Below are positions 8,458 to 17,612 of a stretch of DNA of 64,000 nt, piece by piece. Both the position numbers and the translations under genes were made by a program. The stretch is from Arenimonas sp. (GTDB taxonomy: Bacteria > Pseudomonadota > Gammaproteobacteria > Xanthomonadales > Xanthomonadaceae). The notes below the pieces were generated by a model. The model was not told the DNA's origin, made no database searches, and saw only the letters and a program-made list of their open reading frames with translations. The DNA lies in assembly GCF_022842045.1 (NCBI RefSeq), contig NZ_JALHQI010000001.1:9774-73773 (forward strand), given 5' to 3'. Each line of letters starts with the position of its first letter. Position 1 is the stretch's first letter.

Positions 8458-11400
8458 ATGCTCGCCCGCCTGATCGAATGGTCGGTCCGCAATGTCTTCC
8501 TGGTCCTGGTGATGGCAATCGCCATCACCGCGGCGGGCATTTATGCCGTCGCCCGAACCCCGCTCGATGCCCTGCCCGATCTCTCCGATGTGCAGGTGAT
8601 CGTCTTCACTGAAGTGCCCGGCCAGGCGCCGCAGGTGGTCGAGGACCAGGTCACCTACCCGCTGACCACGGCCATGCTCGCGGTGCCCAAGTCCAAAGTC
8701 GTGCGCGGCTTCTCGTTCTTCGGGGCCTCGTTCGTCTACGTGATCTTTGAGGACGGCACCGACATCTACTGGGCACGCTCGCGCGTGCTTGAGTACCTGA
8801 ACTTTGCGTCCAAGAAGCTGCCCGAAGGCGTGACCCCGACGCTGGGTCCGGACGCCACGGGCGTGGGCTGGGTCTACCAATACGTGCTCGAGGGCGAACA
8901 ATGGTCACTCGACCAGCTACGCGCCATCCAGGACTGGTATGTGCGCTACCAGCTGACCAAGGCCCCGGGCGTCGCCGAAGTGGCCAGCGTCGGCGGCTTT
9001 GTTCGCCAGTACTCGGTCACGGTCGATCCCGGCCGGTTGCGCCAGTACGGCATTCCTTTGTCGAGAATCTCGGAGGTGATCGCCAGCAGCAATCGGGACG
9101 TCGGCGGGCGCGTGCTTGAAATGGCGGAAACGGAGTACATGATCCGCGGCCGCGGTTACCTGCGCGGCATTGAAGACATTGAGCAACTGGTCGTCAAGGC
9201 CGAGGACGGCACCCCGGTCCTCGTGGGCGACCTGGCCCGGGTCGAGCTGGTGCCCGATGAACGCCGTGGCGTCACCGAGCTCAACGGAGAGGGGGAGGTG
9301 GTCGGCGGTATCGCGGTGGCGCGCTATGGCGAGAACGCCCTGACGGTCATCGATGGGATCAAACAGAAAATCGCGGAGATCGGTCCTGGCCTGCCTGAAG
9401 GTGTCTCAATCCGCGCCGTCTACGATCGCTCCGACCTGATTCACCGGGCTATTGCGACCCTGCGCTGGACCCTGCTCGAAGAGAGCGTGATCGTGGCGCT
9501 TGTGTGCATCGTGTTCCTGTTCCATGTCCGCAGCGCGCTGGTCGCAATCATCATGCTGCCCGTGGGCGTGCTGATCGCCTTCCTGGCGATGCGCCTGCTG
9601 GGCATGAACTCGAACATCATGAGTCTGGGCGGCATTGCGATCGCCATAGGCGCGATGGTGGACGCCGCGATCGTGATGATCGAGAACGCGCACAAGCACA
9701 TCGAGCGCGACGATGGAACCAAACCGCGTATCCAGCTGATCATCGATGCCTGCCGCGAGGTCGGCCCCGCCCTGTTCTTCAGCCTGCTGATCATCACGGT
9801 GTCGTTCCTGCCGGTGTTTGCCCTGGAAGCGCAGGAAGGCCGGCTGTTCCATCCGCTGGCGTTCACAAAGACCTTTGCTATGGCGGGCGGCGCGCTGTTG
9901 TCGGTGACCCTGGTCCCGGTCCTGATGCTGCTGTTCGTGCGCGGCAAGATCCTGCCGGAAGCGAAGAATCCGGTGAACCGGTTCCTGATCGCGATCTACC
10001 GGCCGGTGATTGCCGTCGTTCTCAAGCACAAGGCGGCCACGCTGGTGCTGGCCCTGGTTGCCCTGCTCGGAACGGCCTGGCCTGCCTCGCGCCTGGGCAG
10101 CGAGTTCATGCCCACGCTCAACGAGGGCACCCTGCTGTACATGCCCGCGTCACTCCCGGGCATGTCGGTCACCAAGGCGGCGGAATTGCTCCAGCAGCAG
10201 GACCGGATCATCAAGACCTTCCCGGAAGTCGAGTCGGTCTTTGGCAAGGCCGGGCGCGCCCTGACGGCCACGGACCCGGCACCGCTGGAGATGTTCGAGA
10301 CCGTCATCAACCTTAAACCCGAAGACCAATGGCGCGAGGGCATGACCATCGACGCCCTTATCGCCGAGATGGACACGGCGCTGCAGTTCCCCGGCGTGGC
10401 CAATTCCTGGACCATGCCGATCAAGGCCCGCACGGACATGCTGGCCACCGGTATCCGCACGCCGATCGGCATCAAGGTGTTCGGAACGGACCTGGGGGAG
10501 ATGGAGCGACTGGCCAAGGAGATCGAGGCCGCAGTGCGGACCGTGCCGGGCACCACCAGCGCCTACGCCGAGCGTCTCACCGGCGGGTTCTACCTCGATA
10601 TCGAACCCGACCGTCGCCAGTTGGCGCGTTACAACTTGCCGGTCGGCGAGCTGCAAGACGTCATCGCGGCCGCGCTGGGTGGCGAGATGGTCACCACGAC
10701 GGTGGAAGGGCGTGAGCGCTTTGGCGTGATCGTGCGCTATCCCAGGGAATTGCGCGACAGTCCGGAAACCATTGCGCAGCAAGTGTTGGTCCCCACCATG
10801 GACGGCGCCCAGATTCCCTTGGGCGAGTTGGCGCACGTGACGGTTCGCAAGGGCGCGCCGTCGATCCGTACCGAGAACGCCCTGCTATCGGCCTACATCT
10901 ACGTCGACACCCGCGATCCGGACATGGGGGCCTACGTTCGCTCCGCACAGGAGGCCGTAGCCCAGTCGGTCACCTTCCCGCCGGGCTACTACGCCACCTG
11001 GAGCGGCCAGTACGAGTACATGCAGCGGGCGATCGCCAAGATGAAAATCGTGGTGCCGGTGACGCTGTCGCTGATCTTCCTGCTCTTGTACCTGAACTTC
11101 CGCCGGGTCACCGAGTCGCTGATCGTGATGCTGTCCGTGCCCTTTGCCTTGGTCGGCGGCGTGTGGCTGATGTGGGCGCTGGACTACAACCTCAGTGTCG
11201 CGGTTGCCGTTGGCTTCATTGCGCTGGCCGGTGTCGCGGCCGAAACCGGCGTGGTGATGCTGATCTACCTTGACCATGCCTTGGAAGCCCGCGCCAAAGA
11301 CCGGGAGGCGAAAGGCGAGGCGCTGACCTTGGCGGACATCACGGACGCCATCGTCGAGGGCGCCGTCGAACGCGTCCGACCCAAGATGATGACCGTGGTC

Positions 11401-11619
11401 GCCATTATGGCTGGCCTGCTGCCGATCATGTGGAGCACCGGCACCGGTTCGGAAGTCATGCGGCGCATTGCCGCGCCGATGGTCGGCGGGATGGTGTCGT
11501 CCACGATCCTGACGCTGGTCGTGATCCCGGTGATCTACGCGCTGGTCAAGCGCCGGGAGCTGCTGGGCCCCCGGGCGCAGGCCGTCCCGGTCGCCGGATT
11601 GTCGGAGGCGGCGCGATGA
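8458..11619 (+). CDS. cusA: CusA/CzcA-family heavy-metal efflux RND transporter (Cu/Ag type)
   Basis: LDALPDLSDVQVIV, GPDATGVGWVYQY, GAMVDAAIVMIEN, ERVRPKMMT; Met positions in EFMPTLNEG...APLEMFET...TDMLATG. Confidence 0.92.
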   Translation: MLARLIEWSVRNVFLVLVMAIAITAAGIYAVARTPLDALPDLSDVQVIVFTEVPGQAPQVVEDQVTYPLTTAMLAVPKSKVVRGFSFFGASFVYVIFEDGTDIYWARSRVLEYLNFASKKLPEGVTPTLGPDATGVGWVYQYVLEGEQWSLDQLRAIQDWYVRYQLTKAPGVAEVASVGGFVRQYSVTVDPGRLRQYGIPLSRISEVIASSNRDVGGRVLEMAETEYMIRGRGYLRGIEDIEQLVVKAEDGTPVLVGDLARVELVPDERRGVTELNGEGEVVGGIAVARYGENALTVIDGIKQKIAEIGPGLPEGVSIRAVYDRSDLIHRAIATLRWTLLEESVIVALVCIVFLFHVRSALVAIIMLPVGVLIAFLAMRLLGMNSNIMSLGGIAIAIGAMVDAAIVMIENAHKHIERDDGTKPRIQLIIDACREVGPALFFSLLIITVSFLPVFALEAQEGRLFHPLAFTKTFAMAGGALLSVTLVPVLMLLFVRGKILPEAKNPVNRFLIAIYRPVIAVVLKHKAATLVLALVALLGTAWPASRLGSEFMPTLNEGTLLYMPASLPGMSVTKAAELLQQQDRIIKTFPEVESVFGKAGRALTATDPAPLEMFETVINLKPEDQWREGMTIDALIAEMDTALQFPGVANSWTMPIKARTDMLATGIRTPIGIKVFGTDLGEMERLAKEIEAAVRTVPGTTSAYAERLTGGFYLDIEPDRRQLARYNLPVGELQDVIAAALGGEMVTTTVEGRERFGVIVRYPRELRDSPETIAQQVLVPTMDGAQIPLGELAHVTVRKGAPSIRTENALLSAYIYVDTRDPDMGAYVRSAQEAVAQSVTFPPGYYATWSGQYEYMQRAIAKMKIVVPVTLSLIFLLLYLNFRRVTESLIVMLSVPFALVGGVWLMWALDYNLSVAVAVGFIALAGVAAETGVVMLIYLDHALEARAKDREAKGEALTLADITDAIVEGAVERVRPKMMTVVAIMAGLLPIMWSTGTGSEVMRRIAAPMVGGMVSSTILTLVVIPVIYALVKRRELLGPRAQAVPVAGLSEAAR

Positions 11620-11637
11620 TCGGCCCCCTCCCGTCCA

Positions 11638-11668
11638 TTGACCTGCGTGCGGCACCCAGCTTTAGGGT
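11638..11668 (+). promoter_or_regulatory. MerR-type promoter (19-bp spacer), paralog of the 12565 site
   Basis: TTGACC-TGCGTGCGGCACCCAGCTT-TAGGGT; 25 of 31 positions identical to 12565-12595. Confidence 0.6.
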
Positions 11669-11903
11669 CGACAGACCGCGCTCGTGCCGCGCGGTGAACC
11701 GACGCCGAGTCCGCGCCGAGGCTAGGGGGCGGCCGTACGGCCCGGGCCTGTCGCCCGGGCCGACGCGCCGCTCCCGGAGCCTGCGGTCCGCTTGCCTCCC
11801 GGTCCTACCTCAGGAGTTCGCCTTGACCCATCACGACTCACATCCACTTCCGCCGTCGCGGACACTCGAGCCAAGGCATGCGCGGACCTTGCGGGCTCGT
11901 CAA

Positions 11904-11944
11904 TTGACGTAGGTCAAAGCCGGTCCCTAGGAGAGGTGTAACGT
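11904..11944 (+). promoter_or_regulatory. FNR/CRP-family-like palindrome with a -10 element
   Basis: TTGACGTAGGTCAA at 11904-11917 and TAACGT at 11939-11944. Confidence 0.6.
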
Positions 11945-11954
11945 GCTGAGTAGG

Positions 11955-12377
11955 ATGAACCGCTTCCGCCGCCACCGCTGGCGTACTCCCATTTCGCTGC
12001 TGGCGATGCTGGCGCTGGTATGGGCACAACTGGTTCTGGCGGGCCATCCGGCGTGCATGGGCTCGGCGATGGCTTCGATGCCCGCCCATGCCGAACATGC
12101 CGATCATGGCCAGTCCGCGGGAGCCGATCCGGCCCCACCGTGCCATGGCACTCCGCTCAATGGGGACACGCCCCTGTGCGCGTCGCACTGCAGTCAAGGC
12201 GACCTGAGCAAGGAGGCGCCGCGACTGGAGTCGGTACCGACCCTGGGTCCTGTGCCAATCATGTCGGTCGTGGCCGTGCAGCGACTGCCTGATGCGGCGG
12301 GCCGGGCGGTGGCAGCGCGTCCTCGTGTCGCCTGGCACCGACCTACCCCCCATCCAGCCAGCCTCCTGCTGATCTGA
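11955..12377 (+). CDS. Second His/Cys-rich leader protein ending HRPTPHPASLLLI
   Basis: Paralog of 5266-5676 (MNRFRRHR vs MKTFRRHR; GHPAC, PCHG, CASHC). The start could be 11943 instead. Confidence 0.75.
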   Translation: MNRFRRHRWRTPISLLAMLALVWAQLVLAGHPACMGSAMASMPAHAEHADHGQSAGADPAPPCHGTPLNGDTPLCASHCSQGDLSKEAPRLESVPTLGPVPIMSVVAVQRLPDAAGRAVAARPRVAWHRPTPHPASLLLI

Positions 12378-12392
12378 TCCCGCGCCGATGCT

Positions 12393-12420
12393 CGACCGGC
12401 GCCCGTAAGGGCGCCGGTCG
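12393..12420 (+). promoter_or_regulatory. Perfect 12-bp GC hairpin just after the leader ORF stop (possible attenuator or pause element)
   Basis: CGACCGGCGCCC-GTAA-GGGCGCCGGTCG with no U-tract; a weaker equivalent lies at 5696-5713. Confidence 0.5.
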
Positions 12421-12564
12421 CCTCGGTGCAGCCGCCGTGTGCGCGGCCTGCCCCGCCGACTCCTACCGCAACGCCGTCAGGCGGCGGTACGCGCGAGGCC
12501 AAGACCATGAGATTTCCCCTTCCACGAAGAGCTGTCGCCATCAGCGTTAGCGCTCCGGCGCGCC

Positions 12565-12595
12565 TTGACCTGTGTCCGACACTCAGGTTTACGGT
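12565..12595 (+). promoter_or_regulatory. MerR-type promoter/operator upstream of the merR-family gene
   Basis: TTGACC, 19-bp spacer with dyad (CCTGTGTC...GACACTCAGG), then TACGGT. Confidence 0.75.
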
Positions 12596-12622
12596 CTCCG
12601 GCAAGTTCTGCGGGAGCACGCG

Positions 12623-13138
12623 ATGACAGCCCATCTGCACAAGACCGAGCCGCCGATGACGGTGCGCCGCCTGGCGAAATCGGGTGGCGTGACGGTGCAC
12701 GTCGTGCGCAACTACCTGCGCCGCGGCCTGCTGCGGGCGGCCAGGCACACGGAGGCCGGCTACCAACTGTTCTCGACGGCGGAGCTGCATCGCCTGCACT
12801 TCATTCGCACGGCGCAGCGCTTGGGCTTCACTCTGACCGAAATCGAGGAAATCCTGCGGCGCAGTCGCCAGCGCCGGAGTCCGTGTCCGCTCGTGCGCGA
12901 CATCATCAGCCGTCGGCTGGCGGAAACCCGTGACCAGCTCGAGCAGCTCCTGGCGCTGCAAACGCGAATGGCGCAGGCCGTGGCCCAGTGGTCCCGCCTG
13001 CCCGACGCCGTGCCGACGGGTAATGACGTCTGCGCACTGATCGAAGCCGTCGCGGCCAGCGAGGCCGCGGTCGTCCCCAAATCCACCCCGCGGCGCCTTC
13101 TGGGGGGTCGCAACGCTTCAGAGGAGACGGCCTCATGA
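12623..13138 (+). CDS. MerR-family metal-responsive regulator
   Basis: N-terminal HTH MTVRRLAKSGGVTVHVVRNY, FIRTAQRLGFTLTEI, and Cys in SPCP and VCALIE. Confidence 0.88.
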   Translation: MTAHLHKTEPPMTVRRLAKSGGVTVHVVRNYLRRGLLRAARHTEAGYQLFSTAELHRLHFIRTAQRLGFTLTEIEEILRRSRQRRSPCPLVRDIISRRLAETRDQLEQLLALQTRMAQAVAQWSRLPDAVPTGNDVCALIEAVAASEAAVVPKSTPRRLLGGRNASEETAS

Positions 13139-13419
13139 GCCGCCCTCGTCCATCGCCATTGTCTTGCGGCCTGTCTCTGGCTGTAACGGCGGTCGCGCTT
13201 TACCTGGCATGCGCGCTGGTCGTGGCGTGGTCCCCCTGCACCCTGGCCGCCGGCCTGGGCCTGATCGTGCACGGCCTGAGCCCGTCGAGCCTCTCACCGG
13301 CGGTCGGCGAACTGCGCTGGAGCGCGGTGCTGATCGGTTCGCTCGCGATCGCGGGCCACGCCTTTGTGGCCGGCGCCCTCTTCGCCACTGTCAATCGCTT
13401 GATTGGAGGTCACCGATGA
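13135..13419 (+). CDS. Small two-helix membrane protein (DUF5676-like)
   Basis: Hydrophobic, ALYLAC...VHGL...W pattern; ATGA overlaps at both ends. Confidence 0.6.
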   Translation: MSRPRPSPLSCGLSLAVTAVALYLACALVVAWSPCTLAAGLGLIVHGLSPSSLSPAVGELRWSAVLIGSLAIAGHAFVAGALFATVNRLIGGHR

Positions 13420-13643
13420 AACGCACTCACGTACCCCTGCTGCTCGCCAGCCTGTTCGCGGCTCCGCTGGCCGTCGCCGCACTGCCGGAAGCCGACGGCC
13501 CGACCGATGACACGCCCGTCGTCTTCCACTTCGCCGCGTCGGCATTGCCCACGGCGATACCGGCCAAGGGCGGCAATGCCGCCCTGACGGCCGCGGACGC
13601 GGCGGCGCTGGTCACTTACCTGCGCACGCTCGACAAGTCCTGA
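13416..13643 (+). CDS. Small secreted protein, possibly an internally deleted cytochrome c remnant
   Basis: Signal peptide; C-terminus LTAADAAALVTYLRTL resembles the last helix of class I cytochrome c, but there is no CxxCH. Confidence 0.45.
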   Translation: MKRTHVPLLLASLFAAPLAVAALPEADGPTDDTPVVFHFAASALPTAIPAKGGNAALTAADAAALVTYLRTLDKS

Positions 13644-13674
13644 TCCCGCCCCCTACCCGCCAGGAGTCCTTTCC

Positions 13675-14007
13675 ATGACGACGCCTACAACCCATCCCCA
13701 CGCGCCTGCCCCGCGACGGGCTCGAATGATTTTCTGGATCTTGATGGGATTCGCGGCTATTTACCTGCTCGCAGAGCACCGCCTGCACTTGTCCGGACTC
13801 TGGCGGTGGCTGCCGATCCTGATCCTGCTGGCCTGCCCGTTGCTCCACTTCTTTGGCCACGGGAGCCATGGCGGTCATGGAGGACACGGCGATCCTGACG
13901 CAGACGGCGCGGCCACCAACGGCGCGCCGCCGCCCGATGCGTCCACCCCGCCGGACGCGAGCCCACGGACGCCGCGCCCGCACACGCATCGCGGAGACCT
14001 GCCATGA
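13675..14007 (+). CDS. DUF2933-like His-rich membrane protein
   Basis: EHRLHL...LILLACPLLHFFGHGSHGGHGGHG. Confidence 0.75.
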   Translation: MTTPTTHPHAPAPRRARMIFWILMGFAAIYLLAEHRLHLSGLWRWLPILILLACPLLHFFGHGSHGGHGGHGDPDADGAATNGAPPPDASTPPDASPRTPRPHTHRGDLP

Positions 14008-14657
14008 ACCCCATTGATTCCGGCTACGGGCTGTGGGCGCTGGCCGTGCTCAACGCTGCGTTTTTCATCTTCTTCGCCTGGAGCTTCTACACCCCGCTCA
14101 CGACCCGGGACTGGCGCAGCTTCGGCTTGTATTCCGCGTTCGTCGTCGCGCTGTTCGCGGAGATGTACGGCTTCCCGCTGGGCCTGTTTCTGCTGTCGGG
14201 CTGGCTCTCGTCGCGCTTCCCGGAGGTCAACTGGCTCAGCCACGACGCCGGTCACGTGTTTGAGATGATGTTTGGTTGGCGGAGCAATCCGCACTTCGGT
14301 CCCTTCCACATCCTGAGCTTCGCTTTGATCGGCGGCGGCTTCTGGTTGCTCGCCCGCGCCTGGCCGGTGCTCTATCACGCGCAGCGTCGCGGTGAGCTGG
14401 CGCAGACCGGTCCCTACGCCCGCCTTCGGCATCCGCAGTACGCCGGGTTTGCGCTAATCATGACCGGCTTCCTGGTACAGTGGCCGACACTAATCACCCT
14501 AATGCTGTACCCGGTGATGCTCATCAGCTATGTGCGATTGGCGATCAATGAGGAGCGTGAGACGCGGGCACGTTTTGGTGCCGTCTACGAGCGCTACATG
14601 GCGGCGGTGCCGAGGTTCCTTCCGCGCCGTCGCCGGACGCAGGCGGTGGCCTCATGA
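14004..14657 (+). CDS. Isoprenylcysteine carboxyl methyltransferase-family membrane protein
   Basis: [46 protein letters not shown]. Confidence 0.8.
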   Translation: MNPIDSGYGLWALAVLNAAFFIFFAWSFYTPLTTRDWRSFGLYSAFVVALFAEMYGFPLGLFLLSGWLSSRFPEVNWLSHDAGHVFEMMFGWRSNPHFGPFHILSFALIGGGFWLLARAWPVLYHAQRRGELAQTGPYARLRHPQYAGFALIMTGFLVQWPTLITLMLYPVMLISYVRLAINEERETRARFGAVYERYMAAVPRFLPRRRRTQAVAS

Positions 14658-17062
14658 AGGCCGATCCGAACACGACGGCAGTGAGAACCTGGCCGATCGG
14701 CGACATGCTGACCGAAGGCTGCGCCCGGACCCTGGCCGCCACGATCCGCGAACTGCCGGGCGTTGAGGCCGCGGATGCCAACTTCGCGACGGGCATGTTG
14801 CAGGTGCGCTACCTGCGCAGCGCGACCGAGCCCACCCGCATAGCGTCGGCTATACGCGCCTGTGGCTTCGCGTGTCGTGCCCCGTCGGCCGAGGCCAGCG
14901 CCCCGGCAGTTCCCCCCGCTGCCGGTCCCGCGCCCGACGACCATGCCGGGCACGGCAGCGGCCACGGGCACACAAAGCCCGCGGTCGCCGCGCCCCAGGC
15001 CAAGGTCGATCACGCGGGCCATGGTCCAGAGGCCTCCGCCAAGACCGGCTCAGACCCGCACGAGGGCATGCACCACGGAGGCGATCTGCACGCAGCAGCG
15101 GCGGACATGCGGCGGCGTTTCGTGATCGCCCTGGTGTTCTCGATCCCACTGTTCATCTGGTCACCGATGGGATTGATGAGCGCGCCCCCGACGCCGTTCG
15201 GCCTGACCGAGAACGTCTGGTTGTGGCTGTTGGCCAGCGGCGCGGTGATCTACCCGGGCTGGCCGTTCTTCACGGCGGCGATCCGCTCGCTGCGCCGCGG
15301 TGTGCTGGACATGGCGGTGCTGGTGCTGCTCAGCGTCGGCACCGGCTACGGCTTCAGCCTCGGGGCGACGTTCCTGTTCGACGGGCCCAATTTCTACGAG
15401 GCCTCCTCGGTCCTCATGACCTTCATCCTGCTGGGCCACTGGCTGGAAATGCGGGCCCGCGCCGGCGCCTCGGACGCGATGAAGGCCTTGCTAAAGCTCT
15501 CGCCGCCGCGGGCGATCGTGCGCCGGGACAACGTCGATGTCGAAATCGCCACCGACGACGTGCAGGTGGGTGACGTGGTCGTCGTGCGGCCGGGTGCCAA
15601 GGTGCCGGTCGACGGCGAGGTCCTCGAGGGCCAGTCCCAGGTGGACGAATCCATGCTCACCGGCGAATCGATGCCGGTGAAGAAGGTGCCGGGCTCGCTC
15701 GTGGTCGGCGGCACGATCAATCGCAGCGGCGCCTTCACCTACCGCGCCACCAAGGTCGGCGCCGACACCGCGCTGGCCCAGATCATCCAACTCGTCCAGG
15801 AGGCGCAGAACTCCAAGGCCCCGGCCCAGTTGCTGGCCGACCGCGCCTCGCAGTGGCTGGTGCTGGCGGCGATCGTGATCGGCGTGCTGACCTTCGCCGT
15901 TTGGTTCTGGTGGCTCGGCCAGCCCCTGCTCTTCGCGCTCACCCTGACCATCACCGTCTTCGTGATCGCCTGCCCCGACGCGCTCGGCCTGGCGACACCC
16001 ATGGCGATCATGATCGGCACCGGCATGGGCGCCCGGCACGGCATTCTGTTCAAGCACGCCGAGGCCGTCGAACAATGCGCGCGGCTGGACGTGGTGATCT
16101 TCGACAAGACCGGCACGTTGACGGTGGGCCAGCCCGACGTCGTGCAGGTGGTATCGGCCCCGGGGTGGGACGAGGTAACCCTCATCGATGTGGCGGCCGC
16201 CGTGGAAACCCACTCCGAACACCCGCTGGCCCAGGCGATCCTCAAGCACGCGGGCCCGGTCCAGGAGAGGGCGACGGACTACACCAACATCGACGGCCAG
16301 GGCGCCATGGGGCGCGTGACGGGTCGCTGGGTGCACTTGGGCAACCGGCTGCTGATGACCGCGCAAGGGGTGGCGCTGGACGCCCTGGACGCACAGGCCG
16401 AGGCGCTCAAGGGCGGCGGGCGCACCGTGATCTACGTCGCCGTGGATCGCAAGCTCGCCGGCGTGATCGCCATTGCCGATGCCATCCGCCCCACATCCCG
16501 GGCCACGATCCAGGAGCTTCACCGGCGCAAGGTAAGGGTGGCGATGATAACCGGCGACAACCGGCCCACGGCCGAGCGCGTGGCCGCGGACCTGGGCATC
16601 GACATCGTGCTGGCGGACGTACTGCCCGGCGAAAAGGCCGCCGAGGTCAAGAAGCTGCAGGCCCAGGGCCTGAAAGTCGGCATGGTGGGCGATGGCGTCA
16701 ACGATGCCCCGGCGCTCACGCAGGCCGAGGTCGGCTTTGCGATCGGTGCCGGCACCGACGTCGCGATCGACAGCGCCGACATAGTGCTGATGCGCAGCGA
16801 CCCCTATGACGTCGTGCGGGCGATCACGATCGCCCGCGGGACGCTGCGGAAAATGCACCAGAACCTGGCCTGGGCCGTGGGCTACAACGTCCTGGCCTTT
16901 CCGCTGGCCGCTGGCGTCCTCTTCCCGTTCGTTCTCTCGCCCGAAGTCGCCGCGCTGTCGATGTCCGGCAGTTCGGTGATCGTGGCTGTCAATGCGCTGT
17001 TGCTCAAGCGCCTACCCTTGGCGACGGTTTCGAGCGCCGCCGAGGATTCCCCCGCTGTTTAA
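14654..17062 (+). CDS. Copper-type P1B ATPase with a CPD intramembrane motif
   Basis: [36 protein letters not shown] and MSGSS; His-rich linker; degenerate N-terminal HMA domain. Confidence 0.9.
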   Translation: MKADPNTTAVRTWPIGDMLTEGCARTLAATIRELPGVEAADANFATGMLQVRYLRSATEPTRIASAIRACGFACRAPSAEASAPAVPPAAGPAPDDHAGHGSGHGHTKPAVAAPQAKVDHAGHGPEASAKTGSDPHEGMHHGGDLHAAAADMRRRFVIALVFSIPLFIWSPMGLMSAPPTPFGLTENVWLWLLASGAVIYPGWPFFTAAIRSLRRGVLDMAVLVLLSVGTGYGFSLGATFLFDGPNFYEASSVLMTFILLGHWLEMRARAGASDAMKALLKLSPPRAIVRRDNVDVEIATDDVQVGDVVVVRPGAKVPVDGEVLEGQSQVDESMLTGESMPVKKVPGSLVVGGTINRSGAFTYRATKVGADTALAQIIQLVQEAQNSKAPAQLLADRASQWLVLAAIVIGVLTFAVWFWWLGQPLLFALTLTITVFVIACPDALGLATPMAIMIGTGMGARHGILFKHAEAVEQCARLDVVIFDKTGTLTVGQPDVVQVVSAPGWDEVTLIDVAAAVETHSEHPLAQAILKHAGPVQERATDYTNIDGQGAMGRVTGRWVHLGNRLLMTAQGVALDALDAQAEALKGGGRTVIYVAVDRKLAGVIAIADAIRPTSRATIQELHRRKVRVAMITGDNRPTAERVAADLGIDIVLADVLPGEKAAEVKKLQAQGLKVGMVGDGVNDAPALTQAEVGFAIGAGTDVAIDSADIVLMRSDPYDVVRAITIARGTLRKMHQNLAWAVGYNVLAFPLAAGVLFPFVLSPEVAALSMSGSSVIVAVNALLLKRLPLATVSSAAEDSPAV

Positions 17063-17076
17063 CAGGAGCTCCACTC

Positions 17077-17487
17077 ATGAATATGAATCGTCTTATCCAC
17101 ACGCCCCCTCCGGCTAACCCGACCCTGCGCCAACGTGCTCGCCGCACCCTTGTCGGTGTGACCTTGCTGCTGGCCCTGGCTACCTCCGCCTACGCCCAGG
17201 AGAGTACGTACCGCCATGAAGTCGTCATGCGCGGCCAGGTCCTCGAAGCCGACGCTGGCGCGTTGGTCGTCTGCGTGGGCGAAGCCGATGGCGCCCAGGT
17301 TGGGCAGGTGCTCGAGGTCGTACGCCACAAGCGGGTCTCGCGCAGTCCCAAGGCGGCCGGTTCCCGCTTCCGGCGTGAGCCGATTGGGCAGGTCCGGATC
17401 ACGGAGCTGTTCGATACGCACTACGCGCAGGCCGAGGTTGTCACCGGCAAGCCCAAGGTCAACGACACCGTCGAGTTGATCCGCTGA
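17077..17487 (+). CDS. Hypothetical secreted beta-rich protein
   Basis: RBS AGGAG, signal-like segment ending AYA, then RHEVVMRGQVLE...VVCVG. Confidence 0.6.
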   Translation: MNMNRLIHTPPPANPTLRQRARRTLVGVTLLLALATSAYAQESTYRHEVVMRGQVLEADAGALVVCVGEADGAQVGQVLEVVRHKRVSRSPKAAGSRFRREPIGQVRITELFDTHYAQAEVVTGKPKVNDTVELIR

Positions 17488-17612
17488 TGTTCGATCGGTG
17501 CTCGCGGCACGGTCACCCTGCCCTGACCCTCAGGATCGGGCTCGCCACCGCGGGCGCCCTTCCCCGGCCGCTGTCAGTGCGGTCCCCTCGATTCTCTTAA
17601 AGGACCATCCCC

